Shown piece by piece: positions 32,322-40,752 of a stretch of 50,428 nucleotides of DNA. The DNA is from Candidatus Kuenenia stuttgartensis (lineage in GTDB: Bacteria > Planctomycetota > Phycisphaerae > Sedimentisphaerales > CAMDDF01): assembly GCA_945890885.1 (NCBI GenBank), contig CAMDDF010000002.1:1-50428 (forward strand). The letters run 5' to 3'. The notes beneath the pieces are model-generated. The model searched no databases. It was not told where the DNA came from and worked only from the letters and a program-made list of their open reading frames with translations. A program made the position numbers and the translations under genes. How positions within the stretch are numbered: position 1 is the stretch's first letter; every line of letters begins with the position of its first letter.

Positions 32322-32945
32322 ATGATCACTGTAGCGGTACAAGATAGAACAGGTAAAGAAGTTGGCAGCCTGACAGTTGATGAGGCGACATTTGGCGGAT
32401 GCGTCAGATACGCACTTCTCAAGCAGGCACTTGTGATGTACCATGCCAATAAGCATATCGGCACAGCAGCGACAAAGAGCAGAGGAATGGTTGAAGGTTC
32501 AACCCGCAAGCTCTATAAGCAAAAGGGCACCGGTAATGCACGTGCGGGTAACGCAAGAACATGCGTTCGTAAGGGTGGTGGTGTTTGCTTTGCTAAAGAT
32601 CCAAGAAGTACACGCAAGGATATGCCTAAGCAGCAGAGAAAACTTGCGATGAACTCAGCGATACTTGCAAAGCTTCAAAGCGGAAATGTAATTATCATCG
32701 ACGACCTGAAGATGAATCAGCCCAAGACAAAGGATTTTACCGCGGTGCTGAACAATCTTAAGATAGATAGAAGCTGTTTGGTTACAATCAGTGATTTTGA
32801 TAGCAATATTTATCTTTCAACAAGAAATGTTCCCAAGATAGACGTTTTGAAGGTTGATCAGCTTAATGCAGGCGATATTTGCAACAAGCAGAAGATGCTG
32901 TTTACCCGTCAGGCGTTTGAATCTTTGTTGAATGTAGAAAACTAA
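32322..32945 (+). CDS. rplD: 50S ribosomal protein L4
   Basis: 207 aa. KLYKQKGTGNARAGN, conserved order. Confidence 0.97.
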   Translation: MITVAVQDRTGKEVGSLTVDEATFGGCVRYALLKQALVMYHANKHIGTAATKSRGMVEGSTRKLYKQKGTGNARAGNARTCVRKGGGVCFAKDPRSTRKDMPKQQRKLAMNSAILAKLQSGNVIIIDDLKMNQPKTKDFTAVLNNLKIDRSCLVTISDFDSNIYLSTRNVPKIDVLKVDQLNAGDICNKQKMLFTRQAFESLLNVEN

Positions 32946-32965
32946 AAATATAAGGCAGGTGTAAA

Positions 32966-33244
32966 TTGGATAACCATAATATCATAATCAGGCCTTTAGT
33001 AACCGAGCAAAGTATGCACTTTGCCAGTGCTCGCGGCGTGTATTCTTTCGAGGTCAACAAAACGGCCAACAAGGTACAGATAAAACAGGCCGTTGAACAA
33101 CTTTATAATGTTAAAGTTGTTGATGTTCGTACTGCCAATAAGATCGGCAAAGTACGCAGAAAAGGCAGAAACTTTGGTATGACCCGTAGCTGGAAAAAGG
33201 CAATTGTGGCTTTGAATCCGGAAAATCATATAGATTTATTCTAA
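32966..33244 (+). CDS. rplW: 50S ribosomal protein L23
   Basis: 92 aa. TTG start with AGGCAGGTG upstream. IIRPLVTEQS...YSFEVNKTANKVQIKQAVEQLYNVKV. Confidence 0.95.
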   Translation: MDNHNIIIRPLVTEQSMHFASARGVYSFEVNKTANKVQIKQAVEQLYNVKVVDVRTANKIGKVRRKGRNFGMTRSWKKAIVALNPENHIDLF

Positions 33245-33275
33245 AGAATTCAGATAGTACGAATAAGAGGCAAAG

Positions 33276-34127
33276 ATGGGTATAAAAGTTTATAATCCGA
33301 CAACAAACGGCCGCAGGAATGCGTCGGTAAATGACTATGCTGAGTTGACGACAACCAGTCCTGAAAAGACACTTTGTAAAAGAATTGGCAAAGCAGGCGG
33401 AAGAAATCATCACGGAAGAACTACCTGCCGATTCAGAGGCGGTGGAGCAAGAAAGATTTACCGAATTATCGATTTCAAGAGAGACAAAGATGGTGTTCCG
33501 GCAACCGTTCAGACCGTAGAGTATGATCCGAACAGAAGCTGTTTTATCAGCCTTGTTGAGTACAAAGACGGCGAAAAAAGATATATTCTTGCACCAGCTG
33601 GTATTAAAGTCGGTGAAGTTATCGAAAGCGGCCATCTTGTCGAGCCTAAAATAGGAAATACGATGCCATTGGGGTCTATCCCGGTCGGTGTTGAAGTTCA
33701 TAATGTTGAGATGACGGCAGGACAGGGTGGTAAACTCGTTCGAGGTGCCGGTGCTGTAGCGAAAATTATGGCTAAAGAAGGCGACTGGGTATCGTTTGTT
33801 CTTCCAAGCGGCGAAATGCGAATGGTTCGCAAGGAATGCAGGGCGACAGTAGGCGCAATAAGCAATCCAGACCATCAGAATGTTAAACTTGGAAAAGCTG
33901 GTCGAAAAAGGCATATGGGCAAAAGGCCTCACGTACGCGGCAAGGCTATGAACCCGGTAGCGCATCCGATGGGTGGTGGTGAAGGCAGAAGTAACGGTGG
34001 CCGTCATCCTTGCAGCCCAACAGGTAAGCCAGCTAAAGGCGGTAAGACACGAGGCAAACGCAAGGTAAGCAATAAGCACATAATCAGAAGACGTAAGAAC
34101 ACAAGACAAGGCCAGTTGGTACTTTAA
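33276..34127 (+). CDS. rplB: 50S ribosomal protein L2
   Basis: 283 aa. GRNHHGRTTCRFRGGG, MNPVAHPMGGGEGR. Confidence 0.99.
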   Translation: MGIKVYNPTTNGRRNASVNDYAELTTTSPEKTLCKRIGKAGGRNHHGRTTCRFRGGGARKIYRIIDFKRDKDGVPATVQTVEYDPNRSCFISLVEYKDGEKRYILAPAGIKVGEVIESGHLVEPKIGNTMPLGSIPVGVEVHNVEMTAGQGGKLVRGAGAVAKIMAKEGDWVSFVLPSGEMRMVRKECRATVGAISNPDHQNVKLGKAGRKRHMGKRPHVRGKAMNPVAHPMGGGEGRSNGGRHPCSPTGKPAKGGKTRGKRKVSNKHIIRRRKNTRQGQLVL

Positions 34128-34156
34128 AAAAATAAATTAATTAGGAAGCAGGTTTA

Positions 34157-34420
34157 ATGGGACGTTCTCTTAAAAAAGGACCATTTGTTGACGAAAAGCT
34201 GTTCGGTAAGGCACAGAAACAGGTCGATTCCGGCAGAAAAGAACCTATCAAAACATGGGCAAGACGTTCAACAATTGTTCCTGAGTTTGTCGGGATAACC
34301 TTTATGGTTCATAATGGAAAAATGTTTCATAAAGTATTTATAACGGAAGATATGGTTGGTCATAAGCTTGGTGAGTTTTCGCCGACGCGAACGTTTAAAG
34401 GCCATAGTGGCAGTAAGTAA
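34157..34420 (+). CDS. rpsS: 30S ribosomal protein S19
   Basis: 87 aa. [15 protein letters not shown]..., [32 protein letters not shown]. Confidence 0.99.
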   Translation: MGRSLKKGPFVDEKLFGKAQKQVDSGRKEPIKTWARRSTIVPEFVGITFMVHNGKMFHKVFITEDMVGHKLGEFSPTRTFKGHSGSK

Positions 34421-34451
34421 TTCTTTGTAGAACATAGACCAGGATATTGAA

Positions 34452-35003
34452 ATGATAATCGCAAGCAGATTAAATAAATCTATCAAAAAAAGTGGCTTAG
34501 GTCTGACTCAGCTAGCTGGCCAGATAAGTCGCAGCGGACTTGATGCGAAAGATGCGTTGACGGCGTTAAGGAACTGGCAGAGAGGCTTAATGAAGCCAGC
34601 ACCTTTAGCTGCTGATGTTGACAAGCTGGCAAGCGCCCTTGGCGTAAGTGCTGTAAATCTTAAATGCTGGAAGTCAAGTTATCGTTATGCCCCAGTTTCC
34701 CCAACTAAGGCGAGACTTGTAACCGCTCTTATTTCGGGCAGAGAAGTGCAGGATGCACTGGATATTCTGAAGTTTACCAACAAGCGTGCAGCTAGTATGG
34801 TTATTCAGACGCTGAAAACCGCGATAGCAGATGCGGATGAGCATGAGGCGGATGTTGAAAATTTGGTTGTTTACGAGGCAAGAATTGATGGCGGCGGCAT
34901 CAGGCTCGGTACCAAGAGGTGGCGTGCTAAAGATCGCGGCAGGGCACATTCGATTCGTAAGCAGTGCAGTCATATAATTGTAACAGTTGCTCAGGAAGCA
35001 TAA
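34452..35003 (+). CDS. rplV: 50S ribosomal protein L22 with ~74-aa N-terminal HTH-like extension
   Basis: 183 aa. The canonical uL22 core starts near residue 75 (YRYAPVSPTKARLVTALISGREVQDALDILKF...). The preceding in-frame 74 codons begin 31 nt after the rpsS stop. Confidence 0.9.
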   Translation: MIIASRLNKSIKKSGLGLTQLAGQISRSGLDAKDALTALRNWQRGLMKPAPLAADVDKLASALGVSAVNLKCWKSSYRYAPVSPTKARLVTALISGREVQDALDILKFTNKRAASMVIQTLKTAIADADEHEADVENLVVYEARIDGGGIRLGTKRWRAKDRGRAHSIRKQCSHIIVTVAQEA

Positions 35004-35024
35004 TTTTAATTTAGAAGAATAACT

Positions 35025-35837
35025 ATGGGTAACAAGACATCTCCAATTGGCTTTAGAACAGGAATTACATTAGGCTGGCAAAGTACGTGGTTTGCTCAGA
35101 AGGCGAATTACGGTGATTGCCTTGTCGAAGATCAAAAGATCAGGAATTTTGTTGATCAGCGTTTTAATCGTAACGCCCCTTATGGTGCTGTTTCTAAAGT
35201 TGAGATCGCAAGAACCAGAAACGAAGTCAAGGTAACTCTCCATACTGGTAGGCCTGGTATGGTTATCGGCCCCAGAGGTGCAGAGGTTGATAAGTTTCGT
35301 GAAGAACTTGAACATTTCATAAACCGTAAGGTCAATGTAAATGTTATCGAAATTAAAGAGCCGGCGTTAGACGCATTTCTTGTTGGCGAAAATATTGGTC
35401 AGCAACTTACTAAGAGAGCCGCTTTCAGGCGTGCAATGAAACAGTCTTGCGAGCAGGCAATGGCGTGCGGTGCAAAAGGAATTAAAATTACCTGTTCTGG
35501 CAGGCTTGGCGGTGCTGAAATAGCTCGGCAGGATACTCAGAAGCTTGGAAGTGTTCCTCTTCAGACGCTTGATGCTAATATTCAGTATGCATCGGTCAAG
35601 TCCAAGACAACCTATGGTATCATTGGTATAAAAGTATGGATTTATCTTGGCAAGTTTGGACAGGAGATAACACCGATTAAGCAGGCTCCTCAGCAAAGAG
35701 GTGCTGGCGGCAAAAGGCCTAGAAAAGCTGGCGGCGGCAAGTCACAGTCATCAAGATCAGTATCTGGTGACAGATCGTCCAGATCAGCTTCTGCCGACGT
35801 AGCCAAGCCGGAAGTAGCTGTAGAATCACAAGAATAA
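35025..35837 (+). CDS. rpsC: 30S ribosomal protein S3 with low-complexity C-terminal tail
   Basis: 270 aa. MGNKTSPIGFRTGITLGWQSTWFA, KH domain GPRGAEVDKFREEL. The tail is rich in G/K/R/S. Confidence 0.98.
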   Translation: MGNKTSPIGFRTGITLGWQSTWFAQKANYGDCLVEDQKIRNFVDQRFNRNAPYGAVSKVEIARTRNEVKVTLHTGRPGMVIGPRGAEVDKFREELEHFINRKVNVNVIEIKEPALDAFLVGENIGQQLTKRAAFRRAMKQSCEQAMACGAKGIKITCSGRLGGAEIARQDTQKLGSVPLQTLDANIQYASVKSKTTYGIIGIKVWIYLGKFGQEITPIKQAPQQRGAGGKRPRKAGGGKSQSSRSVSGDRSSRSASADVAKPEVAVESQE

Positions 35838-35869
35838 TTATTGACGCAATATAAGTAAGGAATATTCAG

Positions 35870-36292
35870 ATGGCGTTAATGCCGAAAAGAGTTAAATACC
35901 GTAAGAATCAACGCGGTAAAATGAAGGGCAATGCGACAAGAGGCAATTTTGTGGCCTTTGGCGATTTTGGATTGCAGGCTTTGACTTCTACATGGATTAC
36001 AGGCCGACAGATAGAGGCTGGTCGTGTTGCGGCAACTCACTATCTAAAGCGTGTAGGAAAAATTTATATTCGTATATTCCCTCATCAGTCAGTATCATCT
36101 AAGCCGTTAGAAACTCGTATGGGTAAAGGTAAAGGCGAAGTTGACCACTGGGTAGCAAGGGTTAAACCGGGCACGGTTTTGTATGAAATCGGCGGAGTTC
36201 CGGAGGATGTGGCAAAACAGGCACTTGTAAGGGTTTGCCACAAGATGCCGATAAGATGCAGATTTGTAACAAGAAGGCATTCAATAGGATAA
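35870..36292 (+). CDS. rplP: 50S ribosomal protein L16
   Basis: 140 aa. MLMPKRVKYRK-like start (MALMPKRVKYRKNQRGKMKG), RMGKGKGEVDHWVARVKPG. Confidence 0.99.
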   Translation: MALMPKRVKYRKNQRGKMKGNATRGNFVAFGDFGLQALTSTWITGRQIEAGRVAATHYLKRVGKIYIRIFPHQSVSSKPLETRMGKGKGEVDHWVARVKPGTVLYEIGGVPEDVAKQALVRVCHKMPIRCRFVTRRHSIG

Positions 36293-36304
36293 TAAAGGTG
36301 TTTT

Positions 36305-36496
36305 ATGAAGTCCGCAGATATAAGAGATATGAGAAAAGATGAGCTTGGCAAGAAGCTTGAAGAATTGCAGAAACAGCTTTTTACGCTTCGTACCCAGGCG
36401 GTCACCGAAAAAATTGAAAACAGTAAAGGTATCAGCAATATTCGTAGGGATATTGCCAGAGTTAAAACGGTAATCAGAGAACAAGAACTGGCATAA
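36305..36496 (+). CDS. rpmC: 50S ribosomal protein L29
   Basis: 63 aa. LEELQKQLFTLRTQ, conserved order. Confidence 0.96.
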   Translation: MKSADIRDMRKDELGKKLEELQKQLFTLRTQAVTEKIENSKGISNIRRDIARVKTVIREQELA

Positions 36497-36515
36497 AAAG
36501 GGCGAGTAGCCGATT

Positions 36516-36776
36516 ATGGAAGAAAAGAAACAGAAAAAAACATTACGCGGAGTTGTCGTCAGCAAGAGCGGCGATAAAAGTGTTCGTGTACGTATCGATT
36601 ACAAAGTAAAACATCCGACATACGGCAAGTATATCAATCGCAGCACCAAATTCGGCGTTCATGATGAAGCTAATCAGGCGGCAGTAGGCGATATGGTTGA
36701 TATTGTTGAGTGCAGGCCTATGAGCAAGACAAAGAACTGGATGCTTGAGAAGATAGTTCAAAAGGCAAATGTTTAA
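36516..36776 (+). CDS. rpsQ: 30S ribosomal protein S17
   Basis: 86 aa. LRGVVVSKSGDKSVRVRIDYKVKHPTYGKY. Confidence 0.97.
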   Translation: MEEKKQKKTLRGVVVSKSGDKSVRVRIDYKVKHPTYGKYINRSTKFGVHDEANQAAVGDMVDIVECRPMSKTKNWMLEKIVQKANV

Positions 36777-36803
36777 CAAATTAATTATTACGAGGATAGT
36801 GCG

Positions 36804-37193
36804 TTGATTCAGCAAGAAACAATGTTAGAGATTGCCGACAATAGCGGCGTTAAGGTGGCACAGTGCATTAAGGTTCTGGGCAAGGCTGTCAGCAGATACA
36901 GCAAAAGTGCACGTCCGACTGCGACTGTTGGCGATGTTGTTGTTGTAGCAATTAAGAAATCATTGCCTACCTGTCAGCTTGATGACAAGAAAGTGCATAA
37001 GTGTGTTATCATTCGCACCAAGTATCCTGTCAAAAGAGCAGATGGCAGCTATGTAAGATTTGACAGTAATGCGGCAGTGATGATTACTGCGGATAATGAG
37101 CCGGTTGGTACACGAATTTTTGGTGCTGTTTCCAGAGAATTGCGTGAAAAGAACTTTATGAAGATTATTTCACTAGCAAGTGAAGTTGTTTAG
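36804..37193 (+). CDS. rplN: 50S ribosomal protein L14
   Basis: 129 aa. TTG start giving the canonical MIQQET..ADNSG N-terminus. Confidence 0.97.
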   Translation: MIQQETMLEIADNSGVKVAQCIKVLGKAVSRYSKSARPTATVGDVVVVAIKKSLPTCQLDDKKVHKCVIIRTKYPVKRADGSYVRFDSNAAVMITADNEPVGTRIFGAVSRELREKNFMKIISLASEVV

Positions 37194-37208
37194 GATAAGA
37201 GTCGAAAT

Positions 37209-37538
37209 ATGGCATCAAAAGTAAAAAAAGGTGATATGGTTCAAATAATAGCGGGCGAACACAAAGGCGGAATTGGTAAAGTCCTTCGAGTTGTTCCCGA
37301 TAAGAATCAGGTTGTTGTCGAAGGTCAAAACAGAGCGAAAAAGCATGTGCGTCCTTCGAAGAAGAACCCGCAGGGCGGTAGGATTGAGATTGAGCAGCCG
37401 TTGCATATAAGTAATGTTCTGCCGGTTAATCCTAAGAGCAATAAAGGTTCGAGAGTTCGTTTCGAGACCGACAAAAAGGGAGCTAAAAGGCGTATTGCTC
37501 TCGATGGCACTGAAATTGGAATTGTTAAAAAAGCATAA
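37209..37538 (+). CDS. rplX: 50S ribosomal protein L24
   Basis: 109 aa. KVKKGDMVQIIAGEHKG (KOW motif). Confidence 0.97.
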   Translation: MASKVKKGDMVQIIAGEHKGGIGKVLRVVPDKNQVVVEGQNRAKKHVRPSKKNPQGGRIEIEQPLHISNVLPVNPKSNKGSRVRFETDKKGAKRRIALDGTEIGIVKKA

Positions 37539-37562
37539 AGCAGAATTGTAAAGGTGTTTTTG

Positions 37563-38108
37563 ATGGCACGTTTGAAAGATGTATATAAGTCGACAGTGGT
37601 TGAAGGATTAAAGCAGAAGTTTAATTATACTAATCCTATGTCAATCCCACGGATGCAGAAAGTTGTGGTTTCTATGGGAGTCGGCAAGGCCGTTCAGGAC
37701 AAGAAGTTTCTTGAGACAGCGATAAAGGATATTACGCTGATTACTGGCCAGAAACCCCTTGTTTGCAAGGCTAAGGAAAGCGTATCTAACTTTAAACTTC
37801 GTGAAGGACAGGAAATCGGCGTTAAAGTTACTATCCGCAAAGAAAGAATGTATGAGTTTATGGACAGACTTATCAATCTTGCTATTCCACGAGTTAAGGA
37901 CTTTAGAGGCCTTAATCCAAAGAGTTTTGACGGCAGAGGAAATTACTCTATGGGTTTGACAGAGCAGTCGGTTTTCCCTGAAATTGATCCTTCGTTAGTG
38001 CAGTATAATCAGGGAATGAATATAACTTTTGTAACTTCGGCTAAGACAAATGAGGAGGCATACGAGATGCTTCGTCTGTTTGGTATGCCCTTTAAAGAGT
38101 TAAATTAA
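37563..38108 (+). CDS. rplE: 50S ribosomal protein L5
   Basis: The track ORF starts at GTG 37554. The ATG at 37563 (MARLKDVYK...) with AAGG upstream is the more likely start. Motifs PRMQKVVVSMGVG and NYSMGLTEQSVFPEI. Confidence 0.96.
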   Translation: MARLKDVYKSTVVEGLKQKFNYTNPMSIPRMQKVVVSMGVGKAVQDKKFLETAIKDITLITGQKPLVCKAKESVSNFKLREGQEIGVKVTIRKERMYEFMDRLINLAIPRVKDFRGLNPKSFDGRGNYSMGLTEQSVFPEIDPSLVQYNQGMNITFVTSAKTNEEAYEMLRLFGMPFKELN

Positions 38109-38126
38109 GAAAGCGGAGCATATTTA

Positions 38127-38312
38127 ATGGCGACCACAGCATTAATCAATAAGTGTAAAAAGCAGCCAAAATTTAAGGTCAGGGCTTATACGAGATGTGA
38201 GCTTTGTGGCAGACCCAGAGCTGTATATCGTAAGTTTAAAATCTGCCGAATCTGTTTCAGGACGCTTGCCAATGAAGGCAAAATTCCTGGCGTAAGAAAG
38301 GCGAGTTGGTAA
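38127..38312 (+). CDS. rpsN: 30S ribosomal protein S14, short zinc-binding (type Z) form
   Basis: 61 aa with CELCGR...CRICF (CxxC-x12-CxxC). Confidence 0.97.
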   Translation: MATTALINKCKKQPKFKVRAYTRCELCGRPRAVYRKFKICRICFRTLANEGKIPGVRKASW

Positions 38313-38341
38313 TTTAAATGTATGTTAGATGGAGTATATAA

Positions 38342-38743
38342 ATGAGTCTAAGTGATCCAGTTGCTGATATGCTTACTCGAATTCGTAATGCATCGCGTAC
38401 CGGCAAAAAGGAGGTCAATATTAAGGCCTCGAAGATTTGTCATGGCGTTGCAGATGTTCTTAAGAGTGAAGGATATATAAACGAGTTCGATCGTATAGAT
38501 GACGGCACCGGACAGGGTCTTTTGCGTATCAAGCTGAAGTACTCCGTTGAAGGTGATCCGGTTATCAGTGTAATCAACAGGACTAGCAAGCCCGGCAGAA
38601 GGATTTATAGCCAGGCAGGTGAACTGCCCCGCGTGATGGGTGGTCTTGGCATAGCTGTTGTATCGACAAATAAAGGTGTTTTAAGCGATAGAAAATGCCG
38701 CTCAGAAAATGTTGGCGGCGAAGTTATTTGCACGGTGAGCTAA
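38342..38743 (+). CDS. rpsH: 30S ribosomal protein S8
   Basis: 133 aa. LSDPVADMLTRIRNA. Confidence 0.98.
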   Translation: MSLSDPVADMLTRIRNASRTGKKEVNIKASKICHGVADVLKSEGYINEFDRIDDGTGQGLLRIKLKYSVEGDPVISVINRTSKPGRRIYSQAGELPRVMGGLGIAVVSTNKGVLSDRKCRSENVGGEVICTVS

Positions 38744-38745
38744 AA

Positions 38746-39324
38746 ATGAGTCGTATAGGAAAAAAACCAATAGAAATACCATCGGGAGTTACAGTGGAAC
38801 TCGTCGGCAAGACCTTTAAAGCTTCCGGGCCAAAAGGCAAGCTTGAATTCCAGTGCCATCCTGATATCAAGGTTGAAGTTGACAGCGCAAGCAAGAGCAT
38901 AGTTGTTGATAACCCATCACCTGACAACAGGTTTTGTAATGCAATGCACGGCACAGTTCGGGCACTTGTCAGCAACATGGTAACAGGCGTTAGCAAAGGC
39001 TTCGAGAGGAAAATGGAAATCTTCGGAACAGGCTATAACATTAAGGAGCAGGGCGGCAAACTTGTGCTGAGTATCGGGTTTTGCCATCCTATCGAGCTTG
39101 TGATTCCAAAGAGCGTAAAACTGAGCATTGAAGTTCCCGCTACAAGGGGAAATGATGTCCCTGCAAAGTTTTCGCTGGCTGGTCCGGATAAACACGAACT
39201 TGGTCAGTTTGCGGCCAATGTTCGCAAGGTAAGGCCTCCGGAACCATATAAGGGCAAAGGCATCCGTTATGCGGATGAGCATGTAAGACGCAAAGAAGGC
39301 AAGGCATTTGCCAGCGGCGGTTAA
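38746..39324 (+). CDS. rplF: 50S ribosomal protein L6
   Basis: The canonical start MSRIGKKPIEIPSGV is at ATG 38746, 2 nt after the rpsH stop. The longer track ORF from 38695 overlaps rpsH and is not needed. Confidence 0.96.
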   Translation: MSRIGKKPIEIPSGVTVELVGKTFKASGPKGKLEFQCHPDIKVEVDSASKSIVVDNPSPDNRFCNAMHGTVRALVSNMVTGVSKGFERKMEIFGTGYNIKEQGGKLVLSIGFCHPIELVIPKSVKLSIEVPATRGNDVPAKFSLAGPDKHELGQFAANVRKVRPPEPYKGKGIRYADEHVRRKEGKAFASGG

Positions 39325-39376
39325 TCGAAGATTTTAAAAAGTTTAACTTTTTAATCATAATTTATTTGGTGTATTT

Positions 39377-39745
39377 ATGCAGATTATTAAGAAAAAAAAA
39401 CAAGCATTATTAAGACGAAAAAAACATGTCAAGAAGAGCATATCCGGTTCTTCTGACAGGCCGAGATTGACTGTGTTTCGTAGCGGCAAACACATCTATG
39501 CTCAGGTTATAGATGATATGGCTGGTGTTACGCTTGCTTCGGCAAGTACCTTGTCCAAGTCCTTGAAAGATGATATCAAGAACGGTAGTAACAAGGTAGC
39601 GGCTGAAAAAGTTGGTGCTGCTGTAGCTAAAGAGGCATTGAATGTTGGAATTAAATGTGTCAAGTTTGACAGAAATGGTTATCTTTTCCACGGCAGGGTC
39701 AAAGCGTTAGCTGACTCAGCCCGAAAAGAAGGCCTTGTATTTTAA
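39377..39745 (+). CDS. rplR: 50S ribosomal protein L18
   Basis: 122 aa. [44 protein letters not shown]. Confidence 0.97.
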   Translation: MQIIKKKKQALLRRKKHVKKSISGSSDRPRLTVFRSGKHIYAQVIDDMAGVTLASASTLSKSLKDDIKNGSNKVAAEKVGAAVAKEALNVGIKCVKFDRNGYLFHGRVKALADSARKEGLVF

Positions 39746-39770
39746 ACCAGATAGATAAGAGAGGTTTGAA

Positions 39771-40286
39771 TTGGCAGAAGATACCAGAGTACAATTTGAA
39801 GAAGAACAGCCGTTAGAAAGCACAACAGTTAAGATATACAGATGTGCCAAGGTTGTTAAAGGCGGTCGTAGATTCAGTTTTGCGGCACTTGTTGTTGCTG
39901 GCGACCGTAATGGCAATGTTGGTATAGGCTACGGCAAGGCGAATGAAGTTCCGATGGCGATAGAAAAAGCTACAAAAGATGCCAGAAAGAATTTGAAAGG
40001 TATTTGTCTTGACGGGGATACCATACCTCATCAGATCATCGGTAAGTTTAGGGCGACAAGCATTGTTTTGCTTCCGGCAAGTCCTGGTACAGGCGTAATT
40101 GCTGGTAATAGTGCTCGTGCTGTTCTTGAGTATGCAGGTGTTCATAATGTTTTGACGAAGATATACGGCAGTACTGCCCCCAAGAATGTCGTCAAGGCCG
40201 TGATGAGTGCTCTGGAAAGCCTCAAGAGCAAAGAAATGATAGAATCTATGCGTGGCGTAGAAGTCGAAGCAATTAAAAGGTGGTGA
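39771..40286 (+). CDS. rpsE: 30S ribosomal protein S5
   Basis: 171 aa. TTG start with GAGAGG upstream. RCAKVVKGGRRFSFAALVVAGDRNGNVGIGYGKANEV. Confidence 0.96.
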   Translation: MAEDTRVQFEEEQPLESTTVKIYRCAKVVKGGRRFSFAALVVAGDRNGNVGIGYGKANEVPMAIEKATKDARKNLKGICLDGDTIPHQIIGKFRATSIVLLPASPGTGVIAGNSARAVLEYAGVHNVLTKIYGSTAPKNVVKAVMSALESLKSKEMIESMRGVEVEAIKRW

Positions 40287-40294
40287 GATATACA

Positions 40295-40741
40295 ATGCTA
40301 AGTCATGAAATAACTTCGGTTGCTGGAAAAAGCAAGGAGCGAAAACGTCTTGGAAGAGGTCGCGGTAGCGGCCTTGGAAAAACCTGCGGTAAAGGCCATA
40401 AAGGCACTGCAAGTCGTGCTGGTTCGTTCACAAGGCCTATGCATGAAGGCGGCCAGATGTCTCTGTTTAGGAGACTTCCCAAGCGTGGTTTTAATAATTT
40501 CGAGTTTGAAAGACGCTATGAAATAGTCAATATATGGCAGCTTGATAAGTTTGACGATGGTTCTGTTGTAGGGCTTGAACAGCTTGTCCACGCTGGTTTT
40601 ATTGACAATCTCAAGAGCAAGGTGAAAATACTCGGCGATGGCGTTTTAACCAAGAAGCTTGATATATCAGCACATAAGTTCAGTAAGTCTGCTCAGGAAA
40701 AAATCAATGGATGCGGCGGAACTGCTAAAGTTGTTGCTTAA
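40295..40741 (+). CDS. rplO: 50S ribosomal protein L15
   Basis: The ATG at 40295 is preferred over the track start at 40280. Motif KRLGRGRGSGLGKTCGKGHKG. Confidence 0.95.
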   Translation: MLSHEITSVAGKSKERKRLGRGRGSGLGKTCGKGHKGTASRAGSFTRPMHEGGQMSLFRRLPKRGFNNFEFERRYEIVNIWQLDKFDDGSVVGLEQLVHAGFIDNLKSKVKILGDGVLTKKLDISAHKFSKSAQEKINGCGGTAKVVA

Positions 40742-40752
40742 GGATAAGACTA

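Noticed and set aside
33111-34109. 332-aa ORF on the minus strand
   Set aside because: It is entirely antisense to rplB, whose product is unmistakable. The translation is low-complexity with no motifs, so it is a shadow ORF.
38695-38745. Upstream extension of the L6 ORF (209 aa in the track) overlapping the end of rpsH
   Set aside because: The canonical uL6 N-terminus MSRIGKKPIEIP starts at ATG 38746, 2 nt after the rpsH stop. The extension has no ribosomal similarity.
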